Shown here: positions 1-12,434 of the stretch, in pieces
Position numbering within the stretch: position 1 is the first letter of the stretch
Layout of the letters: every line of letters begins with the position of its first letter
Assembly: GCA_964187785.1 (NCBI GenBank)
Contig: OZ076409.1
Span: 89,096,001 to 89,160,000, forward strand
From: Amphiscolops sp. MND2022
Taxonomy: Eukaryota
Reading direction: 5' to 3'
Length of the DNA: 64,000 bases
Made by a program: the position numbers and the translations under genes
The notes under the pieces: generated by a model
What the model was told of the DNA's origin: nothing
Databases searched by the model: none
The model's input: only the letters and a program-made list of their open reading frames with translations

Positions 1-386
1 ACAACTTGCAAAAATTTTGGGAATTAATCGAACCACCGCTTACTCGATTGTGAATAGAGACCAAGATATGGAAAGGGGTGGAAAGATTTGTTTGTAAATA
101 TACCAGAAACACAACTTCAGGGTAGAAGTCTGAAATTGTACCGTTTCGAAATGGTGAAGAAGGTAATACACAATAATGCAATGACATTCATTCCAAGTTG
201 CATCGTGGGGGCAGAAATACTATAAATCAAACTCTTTCTTTCGTTATTTTCTGTTTTTGTATATTTGTCGAAATTGAATTTCCTGTGTTGAAATTAAAGT
301 TCCGGAATGCCTCTTGTCGAAATCAAAGTTCCGCAGTGTTGAAATCAAAGTTCCGATGTGTTGAAATCAATTGACAAAAGGTATAT

Positions 387-588
387 TCAACTTAAAGTAT
401 ACATGTCAATTCCTTTTGATATTTCACGGGAGAATGTTTTCCCTGAGTTCAATTAGACTTGACGATTTTGATCTATATGCAAAGAGATCTCTTGGTATAT
501 GGATCAGAATCGTCCAGTCTAATTAAACTCAGGGAAAACATTCTCGCGTCAAATATCAAAATGAATAGGCATGTCTTCTTTAAATTGA
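387..588. repeat. Spacerless imperfect palindrome (~200 bp)
   Basis: Centre aagaga|tctctt at 487/488; arms are reverse complements with scattered mismatches. Confidence 0.85.
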
Positions 589-1098
589 TTAATAAAAAAA
601 ACCCGACACCCGAAAAAAATTTCCTGTAACGATGAATTCTTTCCACAAAAACGAACCGGTAATTATCATAAGAACAATATTCTGAATTATTGCTTCATCG
701 ATCAAACCACGAACTAATTAATGATTTACCTAATTCGATTAGGCTCTCAAAAACGTTCCTGAGTTTTAAGAAGCGATGTTCCGTACATCTTTCAGAGCAT
801 TCCACTACAGAACCTCACGATAGAATTCTGTCCTCGGCTTAGAAAGGTTTAGAATATGAAAAACCAGTAAACACAAAAAACATTTAATATTGAAATCACT
901 CTGAAATTGTGCAGCCTACCAGTTCTAACAAACTGTTTTATCAGGATGCCAGTTTAAATAAAGTGTTGTCTCTTGTTTTCTCATTGGAGCATCAAGGTTA
1001 GAATGTTTTCGCAAGCTCTTGAAATGAGAAATTGCCAAAAATAATTTCATTGGTTTGCTATACATTTTTTTTGTTAATTACTACATTTTTTTTCGTAG

Positions 1099-1208
1099 GA
1101 CCGGTTTCGAGTGTGGGGCAAACTCGGTGTGCACATACATTGAGGCCATAGACGCAAAGAGATGCGTGTGCCAAGGAGACACAGTGCGCAATCACACTGC
1201 TAATGATG
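1099..1208 (+). CDS. Host gene 1 internal exon (first visible; upstream exons lie outside the window or were not recognised), EGF/EB-like Cys-rich repeat
   Basis: tttcgtag acceptor and gtaagt donor; TGFECGANSVCTYIEAIDAKRCVCQGDTVRNHTAND; phase-1 end matches the next exon. Confidence 0.85.
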
Positions 1209-1732
1209 GTAAGTTGGGAGTGACAATAGTGAGTAGACAAATAAAAAAGTGAACTTAGTAAATTATTATGTCTTAGATCTACTTGACAACTAGTTCTAAG
1301 AAAAATTTTAGCGAACTATCTAGTACGTTTATCATATTGGGTCAACATAAATTGTGTCAAAGTTTGCTGAAGAGATAATGAATAGCAATAACAAAGAAAT
1401 TCCAGCATAAGTAAAGTTATTCAATGGAGAAACCGCTCATTTCAATATCAAGTTTTGTATTTTTTGTGCTGCTTTTCTACATTTCCATATTCTGGTGTCC
1501 AATGATTTATTCAATAGTGGCAGTAGATGCTTTAAATTCTAAAGTTTAATCATAAAAATCTCGGTTGTGAACAACTCAAAAACAAGCACCGTGTAGATTC
1601 ACTGGAACAAAGCCGTATATGTTTCATCATGAAAAAATTCAACTTTCATGATGAAAAAATTCGAAAATGTGTTTCTCATCATTTTTGGAAACTCCAAACA
1701 TAGCAGCGGTCATTTTGGCTGGTTGATTCCAG

Positions 1733-1929
1733 GACAATGCGTGACATGCGAGGAAGGACTCCTTGGGTTCCTGAGTTTCTGTGACCGCGGAATGTGTTCA
1801 GGTGGGAAGTGTGACTGTCACACTGGTTATGTGAGAGACCCAGTCAACAACACTTGTGTCCAGTGTAAAGACCCCTGGCTGCCTGAAATTCGGTGCAACG
1901 AAACCTATGCCAACACCTCCTGCTACATC
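1733..1929 (+). CDS. Host gene 1 exon, EGF/EB-like repeats
   Basis: ttccag acceptor, phase 1; GQCVTC...CSGGKCDCHTGYVRDPVNNTCVQC...SCYI; gttaga donor, phase 0. Confidence 0.85.
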
Positions 1930-2377
1930 GTTAGAGTCTTTCACTACCCTCGTTGGAACTGCTTGAACGTTTTATAAGTTTTTGTAGGTTACCAAGCTAA
2001 TTTTTCATGATTTTATAAAATTCTCAAGGAGACTTCCATGATTCAATTTTCAAATTTCATATTTTCACTGATTCAATTTAATTTTCATCAAGCTGCCTAA
2101 AAGTTGCATCCTAAATTTAGCGGCAATTCCGAGACACGAAGTTTTGTAGGTTTCATTAAGAAGCAATACTCTTTAAACTAATTCTGAAAACTTTGATGGT
2201 TTTCTTAGAAGTCATTCTCAAACTTTCAGCATTTAGTGTTTCTTGGAAGTCGTTTTTTTTCAGAAATTAGTTTTTACAAAAAGGGATTGTACATAAACAT
2301 CGCCTCTAAATCTCTTCTATGTTTTGGAGCGCGTTGATGTTTCGTTGATCTTTTACCTTTGTATTTTTTGTGATTAG

Positions 2378-2515
2378 GACGGACTGACTGGTGAGCATTT
2401 CTGTCTGTGTCCACTGGGACTCACTTTCAACGAAAACGACGAGTGCTCGGAATGTAATGACGTCACCGCTCCTTGCCGAGCCCAGGAGAAATGCATCGAA
2501 GGAGCCGATCGACAG
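2378..2515 (+). CDS. Host gene 1 exon (absent from the ORF track in this frame)
   Basis: attag acceptor; DGLTGEHFCLCPLGLTFNENDECSECNDVTAPCRAQEKCIEGADRQ; gtaagt donor; phases 0/0. Confidence 0.85.
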
Positions 2516-3135
2516 GTAAGTGTGAACTAACATTTCCTCAATATCTTTGTATATGGAATTTCTTGATATTATTTCAAGAACCCTTATGGCTTAATGCATT
2601 GAATCACTGGAATAATATCTTGATGCGTTGGGACGCTTCACAGAGAGCATCATAATTTATGGCATTTAAAGTTTGATTTTTTTTGATGAATCACAATTTC
2701 AGACAAATTTTTAAGAATTGTTTTTAAAAAATACATCAAATTTAGATAAGCAGCTAATTGGATGTTAAGGAAAATTATAAGAACCAATATTTTGTTTCAT
2801 TGCGAAACCCTACAATATCAGGAATTGATGTTTAGTAGCTACTTTTCTCTTTGAAACTGAGAAGCAAAAAACGCTGAGAAGTTCTGTTGACTACGTCAAC
2901 ATCAGAAACATTCGCAAACCGTTTCTAAATTAACTGCAATAGTCATGCCGCGCCTTTTGGAGATTCAATGGAGGATTTTGTCTTGCAGATGATGACCTAG
3001 GCAATAAAAATGGATAAGTGAGTTCAAAATTTCAAAGAAGTTTGGTTTCCGTCTTCAAGACATATTTTCCAAAAGGGATAGATATAAACGACGCCTCAAT
3101 TAGAGCAGATTTGCTTAAAGTCGATTGAATTGCAG

Positions 3136-3269
3136 AATCCTGAAACTAAGCATAGCTTCTGCTACGAGTCGTGTGACATCGAAGACCCCGCTGCCTGCAA
3201 CCCCCGAGCCAGTCAGAAGCTGTGCACTGTGGGCGAACTGGATCTGGGAGAAGGCCACAACATATGCAG
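3136..3269 (+). CDS. Host gene 1 exon (absent from the ORF track)
   Basis: ttgcag acceptor; NPETKHSFCYESCDIEDPAACNPRASQKLCTVGELDLGEGHNIC; gt donor, phase 2. Confidence 0.8.
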
Positions 3270-3864
3270 GTTGTAGATGTGACTGTTGATACTTATAACA
3301 GCAGACGCCAAAAACCACACAACTTTTCCTCGAAGTTTCCGTTGTTACAATACCACGCCAATTGGGGAAGTTTTTAAAGTTTCGAGAATTGACAAAAGCT
3401 GGTTTTCGCGCCTACCAAAATGTGCTTTCAAGAATTCACAATGTAATAATGTAACATTGTAACATGATATGTATCTCAGTATGTGAAAGTTATCAGATGA
3501 AGCCAATTAATCTTGAGCCAAATGATGCCATATTTCGCTTGTAAGACGCGAACTGTTAGCGTGAATGTAGGAAAACGTGGCCCTTTGAATAGCTGGTTTC
3601 TCGGACTCTCGGCTATACATGTGGTAGCTTTTATTCTTAAAAAATATTGTCAAATGAGTTTCATGTTGAGCTTTTTTTGAGCAATTATGATTCAAAGGTT
3701 GATTAGAGTGGCACTAATTAAAGTGACAGAATTAGGTTTTTTCCGAATTATTGTAAAATATCGCCTGCATTTTTTCACTTCGTCTGTTTTGTCTCTTACG
3801 CTTTCAATGTGACAAACTTTCAAAAAGGAAGCGACAAGGTTATATCACTTAACGTTATATAAAC

Positions 3865-4225
3865 CAGAGTTTTGACACCGTTAATCATAATCAACGATTT
3901 AGCGAATTAGCGGCCGCGCAGATATTTTTCAGCGATTTTATTAGCGATTCAAATTAGCGGCAACTAATAGATTGTCCAAAATCAAAATTTCATGGGAAAA
4001 TACACGGAGTTTCGAAATGAATTCCAAAAAAAATCCAACTCTTACACTTGTAAAACTAGCACAGAATGAGAAATTCTAGCCTTTTTTCTTGAATAAAGTT
4101 ATCAGTGAATTTTGAAACTTGAATTCAAATATTTATTAGTTCAAAAAACGTTTTTCAGCGAAATAGCGATTTTGAAATTAGCGGTTTAGCGATTAGCGGA
4201 AAAACTTAGCGATGTCAAAACTCTG
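3865..4225. mobile_element. Non-autonomous hAT-type MITE
   Basis: TIR cagagttttgaca...tgtcaaaactctg; 8-bp TSD atataaac (3857-3864 and 4226-4233); subterminal ttagcg repeats. Confidence 0.85.
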
Positions 4226-4362
4226 ATATAAACTAAAATTTACGAGTACATATATCGATATAGAGCACATAGCATCGATCCACACGTTTCCTGATGTGTG
4301 TTGGCTGATGGAAGTTTGTGAGACTATGAAACCTGACCTTGACCTTGTTTGCGTGGTTGCAG

Positions 4363-4554
4363 ATGCCAGAACGGGTACGTGCAGCTGAATGACGGGACGT
4401 GTGTGTCTGCACTGGAGCAGCTCAATTGCTTCTCCTGCAACCACACTGAGTCGTGCATCGGAAGACAGTCCCCCGAGAACAACTTCTTTGATACCTGCCA
4501 AATAGGCGACTACTGCTGGACCACCGCCAACTGGTATTGGAACTTCGACACGAG
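4363..4554 (+). CDS. Host gene 1 exon: end of an EGF-like repeat and N-half of the Ly6/uPAR domain
   Basis: ttgcag acceptor, phase 2; CQNGYVQLNDGTCV then LNCFSC...C...C...CW, a typical LU start; gtacta donor, phase 2. Confidence 0.85.
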
Positions 4555-5091
4555 GTACTATAGTATACTTATCAGTTACTTTTTTTCAGGTCAAAAAGTG
4601 GGACCCAATTGACCGAACGATTCCTAAATTTTGACATATTTATTTTGACTTCATTAAAGTTATCAATAAAACTTGAATGATTGAAATAGAAGACAAAATA
4701 TTTTTAAAAATCTGGCAGAAAGTTTGGATCTTTCAACATCATTCTTTTCAGTTATAAAAAACTCCGCTCCACGGAGCATGAAGTTGCAGAACAGTTTTGC
4801 AAAAATACAAACTCGAAAATCTTTTGGTCGACTCTCCAAAAATCTTGACAGTGATTTCAATTTTTTTAAAATTTTTTAAATGCGCAAATGTCTTGAAGTT
4901 CCTTGATTTGACTTTTCGTCTTGTTTTTCAAATTATACTGACCGTATTGACTTTAGGGTCCCCTTGTTATCTGAATAGCTCAAAATCAATGAAGCCGTAG
5001 CCTATTTCTAATTAAAACTCGACAGTAGAAAAATCTGATTGTCTAAAATAACTATCAATGGCCCAATTCTCTTTCCCTAATTGAATGTTTA

Positions 5092-6708
5092 GAATCTAGG
5101 AAAACTCGTCGAAAACAACTCGTCGAAAAGCAACTCGCCGAAAACACAACAGCGGAAAGCTCGTCGAATACCAAAGTAAACTAACCTCAGTCAAGCAGAT
5201 AATTGATTCAGCTCCAGAACGTTCCACATGGCAAGTGCAAACTCCGGGCGACCTCGCATGCTTCTGATCCTCGCCCGACCAATCCATGTTTCCTCGAAAT
5301 AATCAATGAACGACCTTTCACTCTCCTCAGTGAAAGACTGCTCGAGTATTTCAAAATAGTGTATCACCTCGTGGAGTGGCACGAAAGCTAGGGCGGGAAA
5401 ACAACGCATCTTCATGGCGTAATCAGGGTCTTTTGTATAATGTTCCGATAAGCCGTGTCGCTGAAGATTTCTCCAAACAGCTTGGGAGAAGTGGAAGAAA
5501 CAACCCCAAATCTGTGCTCCAGTGAAGTTTTTACTTGCTGCATTTATTACTGCATGCTCGAAGTCTATATTGATTGTCGCAGGGTTGAAATCGGGGCGAA
5601 GCATTTTTATCGCAGAGAAGAGTCGATTGTACGTATTTTGCTGTTTGTCTGGTAACAAACACATCAGGAACGGTAAATTAATATCCCCGCATAATCCGTG
5701 AAGGGTGTAAAGTTGGAAGAAAATACTAGGAGACTATTTGAACGTGCCGTCCATGAAAATATGAGAGCAAGACGTCAAAGCAGCTAATGAAGCCGGAGTG
5801 CCAAATATTATGAAGCGGGGATTATCGCCAATGCTATCATACAGCACGAAGGATTCCCGGAAGGCAGGTTCTCGGTCAAATCCGGAAATATGAAAATATC
5901 TCGCTCGTATTTTTGGGGTGCCGCAATAGTATCAACTCGTTTGTTGCGGAGAGATCTTTTCAGGGAAGAAATTTTTGGAAGTTGCACTTTAGCACTGTCC
6001 GATAGCTGCAGAGAAACGGAGCCGATTATGCACTGCGGCATCATATCAGAGGTCGTTGTTAGCTCGTCCATTTTGTGAGTGCTTTCAGGACTTCAATCCT
6101 TGCAGCATCTGGGGCATGGTTGTGGCTGTTGGTGTCTTTCACGACGGTATCGCAATACACATGGATTCTTGATGAGCAAGTGCCTCTGTTTTCACATCTC
6201 CAATACGTGGTACCTTGTGATTCTCTATCTTTTAGATAGACAAATTGATTAAATATTAGTTTTTTTGACCTTTGCGAGTTCACGTATTCAATGCTCATGT
6301 TGAATGATTTCGATTGATAATAATAAAGTTGAATGATAGCAATGTAAGCAACGTTAGTGATTTGGATTTTTGAAACTAATAATTTTGGCAAAGTTATATC
6401 TCCTTTCAGATAGCACCTTTATCTCTTCAATCAGGAGTTATATTTAACTGGACTCAAATAAATGGCAGCAATTATTCAATTTACCTGAGACGCGTTTGGA
6501 TGTGGTATTTGTGCTTAATTGGCGTTGTTTAATTATTCGGCGAGTTCGCAGTTCTTTGACTTTCGACGAGTTAATTTTTGACGAGTTAGTTTTGGACGAG
6601 TTTTCTTACCTCTCTTTTCGGCGAGTTGTTTTCGACGAGTTGTTTTCGGCGAGTTGTTTTCGACGAGTTGTTTTCGGCGAGTTGTTTTCGACGAGTTTTC
6701 CGCATACC
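5092..6708 (-). mobile_element. Mutator-like (MULE) DNA transposon, defective
   Basis: 9-bp TSD gaatgttta (5083-5091 and 6709-6717); TIRs built from tandem gaaaacaactcgtcg units; transposase inside. Confidence 0.9.
5191..6298 (-). pseudogene. FLYWCH + MULE transposase, frameshifted and C-terminally truncated
   Basis: YWRCENRGTCSSRIH...HNH (FLYWCH); IDFEHAVINA...GCFFHFSQAVWR...LAFVP...YFEETWI (MULE core) split over three frames. Confidence 0.85.
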
Positions 6709-7149
6709 GAATGTTTATGACATGGTTTCACGGTATCTTGTTTTCCGAAATCCAATATGTCGTGCTATGATTAGTTTCACGGTTTGATCGTAGTGCGACA
6801 TGACGACAATTGTACTACGGATCGTGGTCAAGATTTTACTATGAATGTGTCGCTATCGTAGTACTATCTTTCTACGACTTACACGGAGGGCCAACCCGGA
6901 AAACAAAAAGAATTTCTATTTTTATATCAAAATACTGCGGAATATAGTGTTTTATTGGTTGGTTAAAAGCAGATAATTAATAGAACGGAAATGGAACTTG
7001 TGCGCTCCAACAAAAATGCTCAGAAATCGATAATTCAAGTCATCCAAAATAGCTAACAAGCTTCCAAAAATGAACTACTGTTTCCGCGTTTAGTGAAAAA
7101 TATCATGAAGAACCAAAATATATTGATTAGCTTTCTACAGCAAATCTCA

Positions 7150-7557
7150 ACTAAAGTGAACCAAATAGCTTGAATTAACGCTTTGTTTGCTCAAAACAGA
7201 ATTGATGTTTGTCCGTTTGTGTTACTTTGGGCCGCATATTGTTCTTTTCAATATTTCAACATCCATTCTGTCGCAAAACACCAAAAAATTGAAAGCGGGA
7301 CCCTGTGGGGAATTTCTCCGAAAAAAATTCCCGCAATGCCGAAAAAACCGAAAGGGGGAACCTTTTGTCTCGTCCGGGAAACATTTTTGGTTCTGTTCCT
7401 TGGGCCAACGGGTACAATTTGGCGTCTTCCTAGAATTTTGTAGAATTTTTAGAGTAAAACTTATATGGTCACTTCAGGTGTAACGAAAAAAAATTAAAAT
7501 CACTGATGAAAAGCCATGACTATAGTCGACTCTTTTCTCTAGAAAAGCGCTGACTAA
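7150..7557 (-). mobile_element. Partial Helentron/HINE-like non-autonomous element; left boundary approximate
   Basis: Terminal hairpin tagtcgactcttttc...gaaaagcgctgacta matches, inverted, the starts of the copies at 26601 and 35481. Confidence 0.4.
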
Positions 7558-7642
7558 AAATCAAATGCATCGATTGATATTTTTACACGGAATAAAATGC
7601 TTACTTGATTCAATCATAATTCATTCTTCTTATGTTATAAGA

Positions 7643-9214
7643 TGTCGCAATTTTGTTCGCTGCTAATGGAGTCTTCAGAACTCTGTCGAGTCATTTGTCT
7701 ATTGTTTTCCTGCATAAAACACGTTTCGGGACGTTTATCCCACGTTTTCTGGCTATTTTCTGCTTCGGGGTTCCGTTGTAGCTCACTGGACCTTAAATCC
7801 TCTACGGTGTAATTTGTCATTTTTAGGCCCTGGTGTAGCCCGTTGGACGCTCGGTCCACCACGGTGAAATTAGCTCTGCCCTGCATATCTAACGTATTTT
7901 GGATGGGAGGAAGCACTGTACTTGTTATTGCAGCTGTAATTGCATCCCGAATTTGGGAATTCACACTAGTTTTGATCTCATTGAGTTTTGTAGTCATTTG
8001 GTTAGAAACTTCCTCATTAATCAATCTAGTTGTTTCAACAGTTATTTCACTGTTCTCTCTACTGTTTGTGAGTAATGACCTAAAGTTCTCTACAGTTACG
8101 TTAGAAGCCCGTTGAGGCCTACTTGACTCTGAGTCCAAATTCATCTCATTTTCACTATAATCATTCTCCTGATCATTCCTTGAGTAATTCCCCAACATCA
8201 CATCTACATTTTCTACATCAGGCATTTTGTCTAGTTGTCTAGAACGTCTCTCCTTAGCCTTTTGCTTTCTTGTGGATGGCATTGAAGAAGTACCACTTTA
8301 AGCAAAATTGAATTGAAGAACGAATAGAACAATTGAATGAAACGGTTAAGACAAACACAATATCAGATTCAACTGGTCAGGTTTAGCAACTTGTTTGTAG
8401 TTCAGGTTATCAAAAGATTGTCCTTTGGGTCTCGTTCTCTCCCTATTTATAGTTGAGGGGAGGTGACAACCTGGAAATTGCGTGTCATGTTACTTAATTT
8501 AGATATGATAAACTAAAATAGCATCATATTAAGATACTTCACCATGACGTCATTGCATCAAAGAGAAAGGTGAGGGGCTTTGACGGTTAAGCCGACAAAG
8601 TAGGAAAAATGTTTGCGGAGCTCTGTAAGTACATTCAATACTGATCTACAATACTACATGTGTCTAAAATACGTAATTTCATGTTATCACAGTATCTCAT
8701 CGTAGCAGACTTTAAGTCCGCGTAGCCACACTCAAATACAGAACTAGCAGCACTTGCGCGCTAATTCTACCGTGGCAGACATTTTGTCCACAGAGCGTCA
8801 CAAATACACTGCATTCTGATTGGACTAAAATACTTGTACAGCGAGTACAATAAGCTAGAAGAAACGCTCATTTGAACGCGTTTCCTCTTCCGCATACAAT
8901 TGCATTGTATTACTTCATTGATTTTACATACCATTTGCCAAATTCCAATAATAAAACAGGCACAGGATGATTTACTAAACGATTAAATACATCCTGGTAA
9001 ACTAAAATTATTAATTGCACTGTGGCCGTATAGACCTTGAGTCTTTTACGGTGAAATTAAAAGTAATAAGAATAGTAACAAAATACATGCAGTTTATATT
9101 ACTTTTTGGTCCTCGGCAGTCTTCAAATGGGGAGTACTCCTGGAGGAGGGTTAGAGTTGTCTCCTTCCAAGGTGATTCGGTAAAGATTGCCGTCACAGGC
9201 GGCAGCCTGCGACA
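7643..9214 (-). repeat. 3' LTR of Gypsy-A (~1.57 kb)
   Basis: Ends TGTCGCA...TGCGACA; short purine run aggggag precedes it on the minus strand; the 9214 boundary is inferred by analogy with the Gypsy-B LTR start; contains the 215-aa gag N-terminal ORF 7635-8282. Confidence 0.8.
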
Positions 9215-9940
9215 CTCCCCTAGGGATAAAGAGCACTGTATCCTGGTCCATTCCGGCTAAGTAAGCATCACGTCTCCTCTTTTGATCGTTGTAACCTTCT
9301 CCTCGGTAAGTAGTAGACTCTAGGTATCCAAGGACGGCGGTTTCCTTCATTGCTCATAACTCCTTCCGCAAACTATACAAACACCATATTGAGCTTGGTT
9401 TGGCTGTCCACTTTGTGACGCTATGTGGACACTCAGTCCTTGTATATGCGCATTCGGTTGTAGCGGCATTTGAGGCTGCGTTGTCGTTGTGTAGTCGCAA
9501 TTATTGTAAAGTGGACCACGCTCGTGTGGTGGAGGAGACAGGGGTGTGTCAACCAAACGCGTTCGTTTACCACAATACTTTATGGGCGGACTACTGCTTT
9601 GGGTAGTTGTACTCGGCCCCGCTCCTCTATCCAGCGGATCAGCCTGCCTGCCCACCAATTGCATCATGCTATCAAAATCCTCCCCGGGAAAATCGGGGTA
9701 AGTTTCTCCAGCACTTTCTGGTAGCTCCACAGTCATTTTGCGTCCCGCAACTAGTCCATCTGTCTGAATTTGTACTTGCCTGTAACACGCAATCACTTCT
9801 ATATCACTATCATCGGATTCGTCTCGGGTAGCACTGACGGACTGAATGTCCACATCCATTTCTTCATCAGAAGAGTAGTAACTAGGACTGACCAGAAGAG
9901 CTGAGAGGTTGTCTAGATGGAACGGTAGATTCATTTCCAT
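9123..9940 (-). pseudogene. 3' accessory ORF of Gypsy-A (acidic N-terminus, CxxC domain), one frame disruption, overlaps the 3' LTR
   Basis: CIVCGRSYEQ/KETAVLGYLESTTYRGE...RRDAYLAG...GVSQ aligns by eye with the Gypsy-B ORF at 62745-63773. Confidence 0.7.
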
Positions 9941-11206
9941 TTTGTTTTGAAATTTACTAGGAAAGACTTTCTTCGCAATTTTGAGGTTTCTTTACTCGAC
10001 TGTTTTAGACTTTTCAAATTGTGATGAATGATTTCTCCTCTAGTTACATGGACTGCCGGTCTTCCCGTTTTCGCGGGAGTTTTCCGGCGGGGTAACAGTT
10101 TCTGATCTTTCCTAAATCTTTACCAAACATTCCATATATGTAGATTCTACCCAAATTTTCGAAGTGGTAACTAAGGTAAACTTCATATTAATAGGTTCTC
10201 GAAGGACCTTCTAGTTGGTTACACAGCCACTTGATAGCAGTGAAAACATGTAATGAGTGTTAACTCAGGCTAACTGCCGGTAAACAAATTCACCATCAAA
10301 GACCTTCAGTCCACACAGCTACATCAACTGAAGTGACCGGTGACCGAAGTGACCAATGAGGTGTCAGTGATAAAAGAATGATAATAATTGATGAAAATTG
10401 AGTAAAATGGCGATTGCAGCTAAACTAACACTAATTTATGAAATGAACTAATTCCTAAAATTAAATAAAGACTTGGATTTCACTGGCAGTTTCAATCCAT
10501 GTTGAAAGAGATTATGATTGAATAAGTGTACTAAGGGGACATGACATAAGTGGTACTTGATTATGAATGAAAGAACTAATTAGTGGGCCACGACTTCCAA
10601 GTAAGATAGTAAATAATCAACCTTCTTTGAGTCTTAACACATTGTATAGTCTGACTATCTGGTAAAGACGAAAAGTAGAAGTATAATTAGTATACGGTAA
10701 ACCACTTTCTGTGTCTGTGATCCAGCATTCTTCACGCCTTCCACATTCTGTATTTGAATTGTTTACCTTCCCATCGAATATCGTTAATTCGGACAAACAA
10801 CACGGACCCGAAGTCGCAACAGCTACAGTAACAGCTAAACTCACAGCAGCCAATTCCCTAAAGGAGTCTGTCAGACCCAACAGTCCCTCACTCAGAATTG
10901 TATTCCCAAACAGCCGATTTGGACCAAAAGAATTCTGCTTTCCCGTCATGGAAATAGCATCAGGTTGGTTCTTCTAATTTGTCTTGACTAGACTTGATCA
11001 GGGTTTAGTCTTGACTACTTACTTCCTCCATCATGAAATGTTTTCACAATGTATTGAATGAAATGAAATTTACTCCCGGAAGATTTTCAAAAGCGGTAAG
11101 ATGGATTCTTATGCAGGAAGTGAACCGCGCGAATTTATTCCTTTCTATTTGAGAAAAAAATCAAACGGCCAACCGGACCAAACAACTACTGAAGGTAACA
11201 ATATAT

Positions 11207-12278
11207 ATGAGCAACGGCACTGGAGTTACTGAAGATGGATTGGCCAAAGAGACCCTTGGACATGAGGTAGAGAAAAATTCAACTGCCCCGATACCGCAGG
11301 CTTCCGACCAACAGTCTCTTGCTAAAGTGCTCCCTACTGCCATCGAGATAATTGAGGAAAGTTCCTCTCAAACTTCAGGAACCCAAGAAACGGAAGGAGG
11401 AGTGTCACCTGATACTTTAACCGAAATGGACCCAAAGGCCCAGGGGCTACAATCACCAGATTACTCTCCTTCGTTACTCAAGTTGCTTGGTTCAGACCCA
11501 AGCAGTTCTGAGGAAAGCATGCAAGCTTACCTTAGCCGCAAACTCGACACTCGTACTGAGGAAGTAGATGAGCCTGGACCCAGTGGTAGACAGACAAAAT
11601 GCAGCATTAATGACCCAATTCCTTTGAATCCATCCCTCAATTTAGCATTGGAAACTGATGGACCAAAATCTTCCGAGCCTGTTGTGATTTTCCTTGCTCC
11701 TTTGTCAGAATCTGAGCAGCAAATCGGAACCGACGGACCGCGAGGTTCGGCAAAGAGACCCAGAATTGGCAGTAGCGTTACTGTGGACACCCAGCCTCCT
11801 CCCAAGTTCGGACTCTTGTCTTCGTATTTGATCAGCCCTAATCTATTGGTTCTCATTCTCAATCAGGAAGAATTGGACGATCCTTTTAGGCCGACCAAAA
11901 CAATCAGTAGTTCGGAAGTCGAATTTGAGACTGACATTTAATCCACTACTCGCCTTGTTGGATCCACCATCGCCGAGGCCATATCCGCCAAATCTAAGGG
12001 TCCGTGCTTGGACATTAGTGACTCAGACAGTACCATCAGTCCTTGGGACAGTTTCAATCATTTTGGGCGTCAACAGATTAGAGAGACCCTCAGTTCCAGT
12101 CTTAGAATCGGGGGGCTGGCCATCCGGATCGGGGGCTGGCCGACCCAATTCAAGCAAGTCTCCAAAGGGGGTCCGAATATCTCCTGACAAACCCGCTTTC
12201 CAACGCAGTGCTCCTGAGGCTGAAGAGGCTCCCATGTCAAAGTCTTGTAGTTCGAGTGGGGGAACTTCTAAACTATAA
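11207..12278 (+). CDS. Antisense ORF(s) of Gypsy-A, S/E/P/T-rich, two overlapping frames; function unknown
   Basis: ORFs 11207-11941 and 11925-12278 converge on the pol end, the same position as the antisense gene of Gypsy-B. Confidence 0.5.
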
Positions 12279-12434
12279 TTGGATTGTATGTACACATGTG
12301 CAGTAGTCTTTTCGCTTTGTATCTATTTTGCTATATTTATTCATTCCCATTATCTACATTGTGTTTGTAGTTTGCAAGTTATTTCAGTCCCTGCTAAAGT
12401 ATTTATTCAAAAGGGACAATAATTTAGTGTCTGT

